NCBI RefSeq assembly: GCF_036365525.1 | Contig: NC_090399.1 | Location: 50,252,430 to 50,316,429, forward strand | Length of the DNA: 64,000 nt | Direction: 5' to 3' | From: Heterodontus francisci | Taxonomy: Eukaryota | Shown here: piece by piece, positions 27,321-39,299 of the stretch | Layout: each line of letters begins with the position of its first letter | Position numbering within the stretch: the stretch's first letter is position 1 | Notes under the pieces: generated by a model | Told to the model about the DNA's origin: nothing | What the model saw: the letters and a program-made list of their open reading frames with translations, nothing else | Databases searched by the model: none | Made by a program: the position numbers and the translations under genes

Positions 27321-27981
27321 ACCCGAGGGTGGGACTGTTGTTCATTCTCATAAGGAGGAAATGTGGTGTGAGTGATTTCAGGATTGAAATGAAGTGAAAG
27401 AGAGATATTTGGGAGGATGATGTGTGACACCATGGGGAAGCAGTCACTGTATGAACAATCTCACTGTCACAGGGTGATGGACAATCTGGAGCAGTATCTC
27501 CAGTCTCCTTCACAGATCTTTTTAATCACCCCTCACACATGGCCAGTAGGATAGTGATGGTCTTAGATAACCTGGCCTATTTAACCATGAGGGCATCACA
27601 GCTGAGCCTGGTGTGGGTTAAACCTGGATTATCATTTTCCTCCCGCAGTGTTTTGAAGATTTTTGACCCAGGAGTAATGAAACTGTTTTGCTTTTTCCAA
27701 CAGATGTGAAAATTAAAATTGCCCATTTGAAACATTTTCCATTTGCTCCAAGCTTCTCTGATCTCAGTGTTTCCACATCCTTCTGTCAGGAGACCTGGAG
27801 ACAAATCCCATCAGAGTCTTCCACACTGTACTGTCTTCAATGGTGTAAAATATCAGACTGGGTGTAGAACAGGAGGCTGATCAAACATCACCCATTTCAA
27901 ACCCTCACCCAAAGTTTAACATTAACCCCATCGAGAGACAGAGAGAGAGAGTGAGAATGGAAAACTGAATTCTGTACTTAC

Positions 27982-28033
27982 CGGGATAGACCCAGGAAAA
28001 ACACAGGGAGATGGAGAAAAGGATCAGCAACAT
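27982..28033 (-). CDS. MHC class I-like gene A, exon 1 (signal peptide)
   Basis: ATG TTG CTG ATC CTT TTC TCC ATC TCC CTG TGT TTT TCC TGG GTC TAT CCC G|GTAAGT gives MLLILFSISLCFSWVYP. This is a hydrophobic leader with a consensus phase-1 donor that joins in frame to the alpha1 exon (G+AT = D). It lies directly downstream of the ISRE/SXY elements. Confidence 0.85.
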
Positions 28034-28194
28034 TCTGGGACTCCAGACTGGGAATAAAACATTCCGAGAGGGACACAATTACCGCTTATTAACTGGAAAA
28101 GCAGAGAAAACAACAAATCAACCGAAACCTCATTTACTGTCGAACTTGAAATGTGATCATTTCTAAAATTGAAACTGCAGAACTAGAGGGTGAT

Positions 28195-28270
28195 GATTGG
28201 TTAATCTCTGAAAAATAACCCAATGAAAGAGATAAACATCCGCCTGTCACCAGTTACCAGGAGGCTGAGA
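28195..28270 (-). promoter_or_regulatory. SXY-like module (S, X1/X2, Y) plus a second CCAAT box in the gene A promoter
   Basis: Minus strand: CAGCCT (S-like), CCTGGTAACTGGTG (X1-like, compare CCTAGCAACAGATG; 28248-28261), overlapping TGACAG (X2-like), then 20 nt, then TTCATTGG (Y box, ATTGG at 28220-28224). An extra CCAATC lies at 28195-28200. Confidence 0.7.
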
Positions 28271-28280
28271 TTCCGACTGT

Positions 28281-28292
28281 GAAACTGAAACT
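28281..28292 (-). promoter_or_regulatory. ISRE (interferon-stimulated response element)
   Basis: AGTTTCAGTTTC on the minus strand is a perfect match to AGTTTCNNTTTC. It sits immediately upstream of the SXY-like module, as in class I promoters. Confidence 0.8.
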
Positions 28293-28497
28293 CAATTGAA
28301 CAGGTCTCATGACCAGCTCCAGTGTAAAGAGAGGAGACACTGGGATCCTGGGCTCCCCTCTCACAGTAAACACACTGACACTGGTCCCATTCCCACTGGG
28401 AACTGTTAACTGTCTCGGGTCAAACTGGAGTTATACCACAAGAAGTTACAGTTATAAACCACTTTTAATATAGTGACCATCACAGAGAAACTCACTA

Positions 28498-28943
28498 AGC
28501 AGGAGGAGAGGGGAGGGAGTCACACCAACAGGAGGAGAGTGAGGTGGGGGAGGGAGTGACTCAAATAGCAGGAATGTGAGGGGAATGAGTGAGACTAACA
28601 GAAGGATAGCGAGGGCAGGGATTCATACTAACAGGAGGGGAGGGAGTGACAGTAACAGGAGGAGAGTGAGGGGAGGGCGTGACACTAACAGGAGGAAAGT
28701 GAGGGGAGGGAGTGACAATAACAGGAGGAGAGAGAGGGGAGGGAGTGACACAAACAGGATGAGAGTGAGTGAGGGAGTCACACCAACAGGAGGAGAGTGA
28801 GGGGAGGGAGGGACGCTAACAGGAAGAGAGTGAAGGGAGGGAGTGGCACTAACAGAAGGAGAGTGAGGGAAGGGAGTGACGCTAACAGGAAGAGAGTGAG
28901 GGGAGGGAGTGACAATAACAGGAGGGGAGTGAGGGAATGTGAC
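28498..28943. repeat. 33-bp purine-rich minisatellite
   Basis: Unit about AACAGGAGGAGAGTGAGGGGAGGGAGTGACACT, about 13 diverged copies upstream of the gene A promoter. Confidence 0.85.
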
Positions 28944-29025
28944 GATTTCGACTCCTTCAGGTGTGATGTGGAGTTATGTTTTTCACACGGCTCTTCCCGG
29001 TGTGAGGAGGCTGCAGTGAACGGAA

Positions 29026-30243
29026 TGAACCCCCACACTGGGCTCTGGGTACTCGACCCACTCCATGAACGCCAACACTGTGCTCTGTGTACTCAACCCA
29101 CTCCATGAACCCCCACACTGTGCTCCGTGTACTCGACCCACTCCATGAACCCCCACACTGTGCTCTGTGTACTCGACCCACTCCATGATCCCCCACACTG
29201 GGCTCTGTGTACTTGACCCACTCCATGAACCCCCACACTGTGCTCCGTGTACTCGACCCACTCCATGAACCCCCACACTGTGCTCTGTGTACTCGACCCA
29301 CTCCATGAACCCCCACAGTGGGCTCTGTGTACTCGACCCACTCCATCAACCCCCACACTGTGCTCTGTGTACTCGACCCACTCCATGAACCCCCACAGTG
29401 GGCTCTGTGTACTCGACCCACTCCATCAACCCCCACACTGGGCTCTGTGTACTTGACCCGCTCCATCAACCCTCACACTGGGCTCTGTGTACTTGACCCA
29501 CTCCATCAACCCCCACACTGGGCTCTGTGTACTTGACCCACTCCATGAACCCCCACACTGGGCTCTGTGTACTCGACCCACTCCATGAACCCCCACACTG
29601 GGCTCTGTGTACTCAACCCATTCCATGAACCCCCACACTGGGCTCTGTGTACTCGACCCACTCCATGAACCCCCACACTGGGCTCTGTGTACTTGACCCA
29701 CTTCATCAACCCCCACACTGGGCTCTGTGTACTTGACCCACTCCATCAACCCCCACACTGGGCTCTGTGTACTTGACCCACTCCATCAACCCCCGCACTG
29801 GGCTCTGTGTACTTGACCCACTCCATCAACCCCCACACTGGGCTCTGTGTACTTGACCCACTCCATCAACCCCCACTCTGGGCTCTGTGTACTTGACCCA
29901 CTCCATCAACATCCACACTGGGATCAGTGTACTCGACCAACTCCATGAACGAACCCCCCACACAGGGATCTGTGTACTTGACACACTCCATCAACCCCCA
30001 CACTGGGCTCTGTGTACTTGACCCACTCCATCAACCCCCACACTGGGCTCTGTGTACTTGACCCACTCCATCAACCCCCACACTGGGCTCTGTGTACTTG
30101 ACCCACTCCATGAACCCCCACACTGGGCTCTGTGTACTTGATCGACTCCATCAACCCCCACACTGAACTCTGTGTACTTGACCCACTCCATCAACCCCCA
30201 CACTGGGCTCTGTGCATTTGACCCTCTCCATGAAAACCCCACA
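29026..30243. repeat. 40-bp minisatellite B, left part
   Basis: Unit AACCCCCACACTGGGCTCTGTGTACT(C/T)GACCCACTCCAT(G/C), about 30 copies. Confidence 0.95.
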
Positions 30244-31780
30244 CATTCCGGTAGCTGGTGTGTGTTCTTCTATTCTCTCCAAGCTCGGATACTGTCATAC
30301 GCTATGACTTGACTTTACTAACTTGGTAACTAGTTAACTCATCAAATCAATAAGACGTTTAGACAGACATTGCAGGACAGGTTTTCTGCCTTGACTGCAA
30401 CATGTGGGAGTTTGTGGAGAGCATTGTGATCCTGGACAACCATAACTGCGCTGAGTGTCTGCAGCTCGAGCAACTTCAGCTCAGAGTTGTTGAGCTGGAG
30501 TCTGAGCTGCAGGCATTGTGGGGCATCAGGGAGCGGGTGAGTTCCCTGGAGACTTTATTCCAGCAGGCAGTCTCACCCATTAGATTAAGTAGAACTTTAG
30601 TTGGTAAGTGGTCAGGGACAGGAGGGTGTGACTGAGAGTCAGACAAGTTTGGGGATCCAGGATGAAGTGATCGAGGAGACTCAGTCATGACTTTGAGCAA
30701 TGGGTATGAGGTACTTACTACCTGTGTATACGAGAACAAGGTCTGCAGGGTGGATGGGCACTGACCTTTACACCATGGTGCAGGGAGTAATGGAGGTGGA
30801 AGTCAGTGAAAAGGAACAAGTTAGTGATGGGACAGTATAGTTAGGGGGATTGATACTGTTCTCTGCAGGGCTACTGGGTGTTCCAAAGGTTGTGTTTCCT
30901 GCCTAGTGCCGGGGTTAGGGACATCTCCTCGCGGCTAGAGACATATTTGGAGTGGGAGTGGGAGGATCCCATAGTCATAATTCATGTAGGAACCAATGAC
31001 ATAAGTAGTACTAGGAATGATATTCTGCTGAGTGAGTTTGAGGAGTTATAATCCAAATTACACACAAAATATGAAACATTATAATCTCTGGATTGTTAAC
31101 TAAACTACATGTCAATTAACATAAAGTCAAGCAGATTAGAGAATTAAATGCAAATCTCAAAGAATGGTGTGGGAAGAAGGTGTTTAGATTCATGGGGAAC
31201 TGGCACCAGTACTGGGGAAAGAGGGAGCTGTTCTGTTGAGATGGGCTCCACTTAAACTGGGCTGGTTCCAGTCTCCTGGTGAATAGTATAACTACGGCTG
31301 TAGATAGGGCTTTAAACTAACAGAAGGATGTAAGGGTTCAGGTGAAGGGAAATTTAGAAATCTAAAGAGAAAAGTCGAGCCAAAAAAGCAGTGTAGCGAT
31401 TTGGGTAAAGACGGAGTGGGACGGGAAAGGACAGAGAGTTTAATGGTCATAAAGCATCAGCAAATAATGTCCATAAAAGATTTGTTGCTATCAAGTAAAA
31501 TTAATGGCTCTTTATCTGAATGCATGAAACATTTGTAAGAAAACAGATGAATTAACAGCAAAAATAAAGATAAATATATTCGATCTAATCAGCATTACTG
31601 AGGCATGGTTACAAGGTGACCAAGGTTGGGAAATAAATATTCATGGTTACACAACATTTTGAAAAGACAGTGAGAATGGAAAAGGTGGAGGAGTATCCCT
31701 GATAATAAAGGATGACATAAGGATACTAGTGAGAAAGGATCTTGACTCAGAAGATGAGGAAATAGAATTAGTATCGGTGA

Positions 31781-33103
31781 TGTTACAAGTGCTTTCATTT
31801 TTTTGTTATAGTTTTTTGAGGACTTAGGTTTTAAAACTGAAAAGCATTCCATAAATACTGGACATTGCGTTTTGTTTATTTATTTTTTTTATTTAGAGAT
31901 ACAGCACTGAAACAGGCCCTTCGGCCCACCGAGTCTGTGCCGACCATCAACCGCCCATTTATACTAATCCTACACTAATCCCATATTCCTACCACATCCC
32001 CACCTGTCCCGATATTCTCCTACCACCTACCTATACTAGGAGAAATTTATAATGGCCAATTTACCTATCAACCTGCAAGTCTTTTGGTGGTGGGAGGAAA
32101 CCGGAGTACCCAGCGAAAACCCATGCAGACACAGGGAGAACTTCCAAACTCCACACAGGCAGTACTCAGAACTGAACCCGGATCGCTGGAGCTGTGAGGC
32201 TGCGGTGCTAACCACTGCGCCACTGTGCCGCCTGAAAGAGGTCATTTGAAAGACTTATGAATGTGGTTTGAAAACAATCAATTGGTGGAAGAATGAAGGA
32301 GTGCTAAAAACAAGGCATGACCTGTCTTTAGATAATTACCCAACAGGGGTTTTTTGACTTTGGGAAAGATGTTTACAAAGAAGTGACAGGTCAGGATTCA
32401 TAGAGGTCAGGAGGCTTGACTCTTGTGACATTGTTTTGGGTTTTAATTTGGACAGTGAGTTGGGAGTGTGGACAGTGTTAAAAAGACAGTTGGAGAAAAC
32501 TTGCCAAGGGAGAAAACCCCAACCCAGCTTGTTCCATCTCTTTGAAAAGCCTGTCAGCTTTTATTATCTCTTTCAGAAGTCTTGAGATGCAAGTATAAGA
32601 AGCAGATTGAAACTGTCGCCGCATTTCTCCTGAAAGGCCTGAAAAACTGATCCTCAACGTCGTCTGAAAGGAAATGTACTAGGAAGATCCCAGTGACAGC
32701 CGTCTCTGCGTATTTGGGATGCCACATTAAAACAAAGGACATCTGACATGTTTCCATATCTTCTCTTTTTCCTTCAAGGATTGACCAAAGTATTCTTTTT
32801 TGTCCTGTGTTGTTTTTTCGGTTAACAAGTGTATGTGTGTGAGGGGCGAAGGTAAAAGGGAACTTTCATATTTTACTCTGTGTGTTAATGCTTTGCTTCA
32901 TTACTGGTTACATCTTGTTTATAATAAACTGATACATTTTGTTGTTTGTTAAAGAAACCTGGTTGGTATATTTTATTCTGGAATAAAAATAGAGTCTATA
33001 ATTGACCATATCGGAAGCTGGGAAAAAAATGTCAATATATGTTGTGACCTGTGGAGGAGTGGAATGAGAAAAACAGTTAACTCCTCCTGCCTCGGTCATA
33101 ACA
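31781..33103. mobile_element. Solo-LTR-like insertion inside the CR1 endonuclease region
   Basis: Termini TGTTAC...ATAACA with an imperfect 4-bp TSD (GTGA/GTGG) and AATAAA near the right end. CR1 APE sequence resumes directly at 33104. Confidence 0.7.
31872..32232 (-). mobile_element. tRNA-derived V-SINE (HE1-like) nested in the LTR-like insertion
   Basis: Minus strand begins GGCGGCACAGTGGCGCAGTGGTTAGCAC (A box) then GGGTTCAGTTC (B-box-like). V-domain TGTGTGGAGTTTG...CTCCGGTTTCCTCCCAC; CR1-type tail GCCTGTTTCAGTGCTGTATCTCTAAATAAA. Confidence 0.85.
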
Positions 33104-33741
33104 GTGGAGACATGGAATAACAAGGGGCAGAAAATGCTGTTGGGAGTAGTTTATAAGCCCCCCAGCAGTAATTATACCATTAAACAGAGCATTAAGCAAG
33201 AAATAATTGGAGCTTGTAACAAAGGCAATGTAATAATTGTTGGGGACTTTAATCTTCATATAGACTGGGCAAATCAGATTGGAAAAGATGGTCTGGAAAA
33301 TGAGTTTGTAGATTGCTTTCCTGGCAGTTTCCTGGAATAATACATTGTGGAACCAATTAGGGATAAAACTATTTGAATCTCATTTTGTGCAGTGAGCCAG
33401 ATTCAATTAGTAATCTCACAGTAAAAGATCTGCTGTGAAAAAGTGATCAAAATATAACTGAATTGCATACTAAGTTTGAAAGGAATATACTCCAGTCTCA
33501 AAGGAGAATCTTGAACTTAAACAAAGTTAATACATAAGGTATGAGGGGAAAGCTGGCTAAAGTTGATTGGGGAAATAGACTAAAAGATATGGCAGTAAAT
33601 AAATAGTGGGAAATACTAAAAGAAACAATTCCAAAGCTTTAACAAAAATACATTCCATTAAAAAACAAAAGCTCAGCAGGAAAGATCCATCCGTGACTTA
33701 CTGGGGAAGTTTAAAACAGTATTAGATGAAAAGAGGAAACT

Positions 33742-34611
33742 TATAATGGAGGCCCCCACCTGCCAAGAATGAGGCACATTAATTTAGCCACATGGACTTT
33801 AATTTTCAAATTGATGCTGGAAAGAAGAGGCCTAATACAAGGGGTTGCCGAGCCCTTGGCTGGAAGGACATTTTTGCACATTACTCGCAGACAGTGTTGG
33901 AACAAAGAAACCATTCCCTGCTCCCAATACACAGAACAGACGTAGTCAGACCAGGTTAGTCACATGACTAACTAGCTGTTGCAGAGTTTGAATTGAGAGT
34001 TTTAAATTGGGGAAACAGTGTTTGAAGACAGAAAGCTCTTGGCTCCTGGACTGAAAAGACCTCCCCTGGCTGGCTCGCCACAGCCTCTCCTGTCTGCTCC
34101 CACCTCTTTCTCACCAGCTTCGGAATCCATTGAAGACACGTGAACCCCAAGAGAGAAAAGTCTTTGACAGTGAACAAGGTTTAAGAAGAATACTGGGCCC
34201 CAACGAAAAGCAAGATCAACCAACCAGAAGACGCTACAGTGAGCTTGAAGACCGTAACAAAAACTCTTCAGCGATTGCCTCAAACCTTTCCACATTATTT
34301 TTCTTCTGCACTCTTCTGTCTCTATTGGCATATGTGTATCACGTATGCATGCTAGCGTGGGTGCATTGTGTCTCTGTAGGTGTTAACGGAATTAGATATT
34401 TTAGTTTAAGTTTAATAAATTTCACTTTTCTTCTTTAAACTTAAGAAAGCCTGTTTGTTCTCATTTCTTTGCCTTATAATTAGAAAGTGGTGAACAAGCA
34501 TTCACCAAGGAGGAGCTAAAAACACGGTGTGTTTATAATTGAACCCTGTTACAGTAAGACCAGTGAAGGCTGAGAGGGAACCCTAGACCCCTTTCTCACC
34601 TGCTCGTAACA
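33742..34611. mobile_element. Second solo-LTR-like insertion in CR1 ORF2
   Basis: About 870 bp of non-CR1 sequence ending CGTAACA, with AATAAA at about 34414. The CR1 frame (..KEE../..KNSSKSEDW) is contiguous across it. The left terminus is degenerate (TATAAT). Confidence 0.6.
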
Positions 34612-36528
34612 CTCATGTTGTGAAGAATAGCAGCAAGTCTGAGGATTGGGAGTGTTTTACAAACCAGCAAAGGACCACCAAAATATTGATAAAAAGGGAA
34701 AAAAATAAAATGAGAATAAATTAGCCAGGAATATAAAAACAGATTGTAAGAGCTTTGGAAGTACATAAAAAGGAAAGTAGCTAACATAAACATTAGTCCC
34801 TTAGAGGCAGAATCTGGAGAAATTATCATGGGGAATGAGGAACTGGCAGAGACATTGAATATTTTGTGTTGGTTTTTACAGTACAAGACTCAAATTACAT
34901 ACCAGAATTCGAGGGTAACCGAGCAGTTAATAAGAGTGAGGAGCTTAAGATAATTACTATCAGCAGAGAACAGATATTGGAGAAACTTAAGGACGAAAAT
35001 CCACCAAATCTCCAGAACCTGATGGCCTACATCCTAGGGTTTGAAAAGAGGCAGCTGTAGAGATAGTGGATGTGCTGGGTATGGTTTTCCAAAGTGTTCC
35101 GTATTCTAGAAAGGTCCCAATGGATTGTAAGTTAGCAAATATAACACCGCCATTCAAGAAATGAGGAGAGAGAGAAAACAGGCCAGCTGACATCAGTCCT
35201 CGGGTAAGTGCTGGAATTTATTATTAAGCAAGTCTGAGCACTGAAAAAGATCATCTTAAAGTCAGACAAAGTCAACATGGTTTTATAAAAGGGAAATTCT
35301 GTCTGACAAATTTCTTGGAGTTTTTGATGATGTAACTGGTATTGCAGATAAAGGGGAACCAGTGGATGTGGTAGACACGGATTACCAAAAGGCATTCAAT
35401 AAGGTGCCACACAACAGGTTAAAGTGCAAGATAAGGGCTCATGGAGTTGGGGGGTGATATACTAGCCTGGATGGAGGATTGGTTAATGGACAAGAAACGG
35501 AGTGTAGGGATAAACGGGATACTTTCAAGTTGACAGGCTGCAATTTGTGGAGTGCTGCAATGATCAGTGTCAGGGCCTCAGCTATTTACAATCTATATTA
35601 ATGAATTAGACAAAGAGACTGAGAATAATGTATCTATGTTTGCTGACAATACAAAGCTAGGTGGGAATATAAACTGTGAGGAAGATACAAAGCAGCTGCA
35701 AAGAGATATAGACAGGTTCAGTGAGTGGGCAACAAAGTGACAGATGGAGAACAATGTGGGAAATGTGAGGTTATTCACTTTGGCAGTAAGAATAGAAAAA
35801 CAGAATATTTTTAAAAGAAGTGAAAGTTTTAAGTATTGATATTCAGAGAGACTTGGATGTGCTCATATAAGCAACACAGAAAGTTAGCATGCAGATACAG
35901 CAAGCAATTAGGAAGGCAAATTGGATGTTGGCCTTTATTGCAAGGGGTTGGAGTACAAGAATAAGGAAGTCTTGTTACAATTGTACAGGGCTTTGGTGAG
36001 AACACACCTGGAATACTGTGTGCAGTTCTGATCTCGATATCTAAGGAAGGATATACTTGCATTGCAGGCAGTACATCAAAGGTTTACTAGATTGGTCACT
36101 GGAATGAGGGGGTTGTCCTATGATGAGATGCTGGGTAAATTGGGTCTCTGGAGTTTGGAACTAGGAGAGGTGATCTCATTAAAACATACAATATTCTGAA
36201 GGGGCTGGATAGGGTAGATACTGTGAGACGGTTTACACTGGATGAAAAATCGAGAACAGGCAGGGAACAGTGAAATGAGGAAAATTTTGTCAGACAGAGG
36301 ACTGTGAATCTTTGGAATTGTCTACCCCAGAGGGTTGTGAATGCTTCGTCGTTGAATATATTAAGGCTGAAATTGAGAGATTTTTGATCCCTCAGGGAAT
36401 CGAGGGATGTGGGAAGTGGGTGGGAATGTGGAGTTGAGGTAGAAGATCAGCCAGGATTGTATTGAATGGTGGAACAGGTTCGAGGGGCTGAATGGGCTAC
36501 TCCCGCTCCTATTTCTAATGTTCTTATG

Positions 36529-37047
36529 AACATCGACACTGACCTCTGTGTACCCGACCCACTCCATGAACCCACACACTGGGCTCTGTGTACTGAACCC
36601 ACTCCATGAACCCCCACACTGGGCTCTGTGTACTCGGCCCACTCCATGAACCCCCACACTGGGCTCTGTGTACTCGACCCACTCCATGAACCCCCACACT
36701 GGGCTCTGTGTACTCGACCCACTCCATGAACCCCCACACTGGTGTCTCTGTACTGGACCCACTCCATGAACCCCCACACTGGGCTCTGTGTACTCGACCC
36801 ACTCCATGAACCCCCGACACAAGGCTCTGTGTACTCGAACCACTCCACGAAACCTCCACACTGGTCTCTCTGTACTGGACCCACTCCACGAAACCTCCAT
36901 ACTGGGCTCACTGTATTCGACCCACTCCATGAATCCCCAAACTGGGCTTTGTGTACTCCACCCACTCCATGAACCCCCACACTGGGCTATGTGTACTCGA
37001 CCCATTCCATGAACCCCCACACTGGGTTTTGTGTACTCGACCCATTC
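36529..37047. repeat. 40-bp minisatellite B, right part
   Basis: Same unit and orientation as 29026-30243. It resumes directly after the CR1 3' tail. Confidence 0.93.
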
Positions 37048-37384
37048 AGTGGGGGATGTCCAGGCTCTGGCCGGCTCTCAGTTTCCTACAGAACTAAATC
37101 CTAATGCCCATCTTTCCTCTTGACCTTCCTTGTCTCCGGGATTTCCTGTGAGACTGGCCTGGGAACACACCTTGTGACCCTGTTAAAGTTTCTCTGTCTG
37201 AATCTCGGTGAGGATTTCCACCAGTCTGGAGTCTGGGCCTCACTGTCCGGTCAGTATATGGTGTGAGATCAGACGGAGCCAGTGAGTTACACGCTGCTGT
37301 CAACTTCACCCCCTCATGACTCTCATTGGGAGTGGGGGTTAAAATCAGGCCCCATTCCCTCTACCTGGGAACTCATTGATCACT

Positions 37385-38936
37385 CAAGCCCCCTCCCCCA
37401 ACTCTTTTTCTGGTACATTGATGACTATATCGGTGCCGTTTCCTGCTCCCGCCCCGAACTGGAAAACTTTATCAACTTTGCTTCCAATTTCCACCCTTCT
37501 CTCACCTTTACATGGTCCATCTCTGACACTTCCCTTCCCCTCCTCGACTTCTCTGTCTCCATCTCTGGGGATAGGTTGTCCACTAATATCCATTATAAGC
37601 CCACCGACTCCCACAACTACCTCGACTACACTTCTTCACACCCTACCTCCTGTAAGGACTCCATTCCATTCTCCCAGTTTCTCCGTCTCCGACGCATCTG
37701 CTCTGATGATGCTACCTTCCATGACGGTGCTTCTGATATGACCTCCTTTTTCCTCAACCGAGGATTTCCCCCCACTGTGGTTGACAGGGCCCTCAACCAT
37801 ATCCGGCCCATTCCCCACACCTCTACCCTCACCCCTTCCCCTCCCTCCCAGAACCGTGACAGGGTTCCCCTTGTCCTCACTTTTCACCCCATCAGCCTCC
37901 ATATCCAAAGGATCATCATCCGCCATTTCCGCCACCTCCAGCGTGATGCCACTACCAGTCACATCTTCCCCTCCCTTCCCCTGTCAGCATTCCGAAGGGA
38001 TGGTACCCTCTGCGACACCCTGGTCCACTCCTCCATTACCCCCACCACCTCGTCCCCGTCCCATGGCACCTTCCCCTGCAATCGCAGGAGGTGTAATACC
38101 TGCCCATTTACCTCCTCTCTCCTCACTATCCCAGGCCCCAAACACTCCTTTCAGGTGAAGCAGCGATTTCCTTGTACTTCTTTCAATGTAGTGTACTGTA
38201 TTCGCTGCTCACAGTATGGTCTCCTCTACATTGGGGAGACCAAACGCAGACTGGGTGACCGCTTTGCGGAACATCTCCGCTCAGTCCGCAAGCAGGACCC
38301 TGAGCTTCCGGTTGCTTGCCATTTCAACACTCCCCCCTGCTCTCATGCTCACATCTCTGTCCTGGGATTGCTGCAGTGTTCCAGTGAACATCAACGCAAG
38401 CTTGAGGAACAGCATCTCATTTACCGATTAGGCACACTACAGCCTGCCAGACTAAACATTGAGTTCAATAATTTCAGAGCATGACAGCCCCCCATTTTAC
38501 TTTCAGTTTTAGTTATTTTTTCTTCCTTTTTTTTACATTCTTTTTTACATTTTTTTACAATCTTTTTTTTGCATTTATTTCATTTCATCTTAGTTTGTTC
38601 AGTTTGCTTACCCACTGTTTTTTTTCCGGTTTGCACTTGCTGCTGTTCAATATTCAGTGTATTAACACCTAATCTGCGCTAATGCTTTGCCTTTCAACAC
38701 GCATTAACATATTGTTTGCCTTTGCTCCGTGACCTTTTGGTCAGCTATGTGGCCTGGTCCAATCTAGACCTCCTTTGTTATCTCTTGCCCCACCCCCACC
38801 TCACTTGCTTATAACCTGTGACTTTTCTAATATTTGTCAGTTCCGAAGAAGGGTCACTGACCCAAAACGTTAACTCTGCTTCTCTTTTCACAGATGCTGC
38901 CAGACCTGCTGAGTGGTTCCAGTATTTCTTGTTTTT
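37385..38936 (+). mobile_element. 5'-truncated Penelope-like retroelement (RT C-terminus plus GIY-YIG endonuclease)
   Basis: Open frame to 38484 with YIDD, PLLDFSV, HYKPTDSHNYLDYTSSHP, a Cys-rich linker and NVVYCIRC..LLYIGET.R.L.DRFAEH (GIY-YIG). Flanked by the 15-bp direct repeat AACTCATTGATCACT (37370-37384 and 38937-38951). Confidence 0.92.
38843..38875 (+). ncRNA. Degenerate minimal hammerhead-ribozyme motif in the PLE 3' end
   Basis: CCGAAGA-A-GGGTC-ACT-GACCC-AAAAC-GTTAAC compared with the PLE hammerhead core CUGAnGA-stemII-GAAAC; two core positions are substituted. Confidence 0.55.
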
Positions 38937-39299
38937 AACTCATTGATCACTGTCTGTGTGACGAATCTCCCGCATTGAAACTGTGTCCTCCTGGTCCTCA
39001 TCTCACAATTTTGTGAAAGTCATTCTCAGATTTCCTTTCCCTGCACTGTGTTTTGTTTTATAAATCTCTCAGGTGCTTCCTTTCCAGGTTGAATATCCCA
39101 AGTCTCTCCTGTCTTTCCTGATAACTCAGAGCCCTGACCCTGGGGGTGCGTCAGGAGGTTTCTCTCTGCACTGCCCCCAGGGTCTGAGTGTCTGCCCTGT
39201 GTCTCAGTGACATGAACTGGACTCAGTACCAGTGAGAACACTGGGCTTCATGGGTTTACCAGGCAGCCGAGGTCTAACAGTGAATGATGTATCCGTTTG

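Larger units (their letters stand above)
30245..36528 (+). mobile_element. Near full-length degenerate CR1 LINE (ORF1 zinc-finger/leucine-zipper plus esterase; ORF2 APE-RT), interrupted by two LTR-like insertions
   Basis: ORF1 remnants: C..C.MWE...C.EC.QLEQLQLRVVELESEL, IHVGTND, DGLHLN. APE remnants: ITEAWLQ, VYKPP, IIVGDFN. RT remnants: FADNTKLGG, LVRTHLEYCVQF. The 3' tail reads GGGCTGAATGGGCTACTCCCGCTCCTATTTC..TGTTCTTATG. Many stops and frameshifts. Confidence 0.9.

Noticed and set aside
26858-27397. 14-aa repeat ORFs (LTREHLEGDVEESF)
   Set aside because: They come from a 42-bp intronic minisatellite open on both strands, and no exon boundaries were identified.
32160-32232. tRNA gene
   Set aside because: The A/B-box-like head continues into the V-domain and LINE-type tail of a SINE, with no complete cloverleaf.
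37282-37384. N-terminus of the 400-aa ORF as a domesticated GIY-YIG gene
   Set aside because: It starts at GTG in flanking DNA outside the TSD, so it is chance read-through into a 5'-truncated element.
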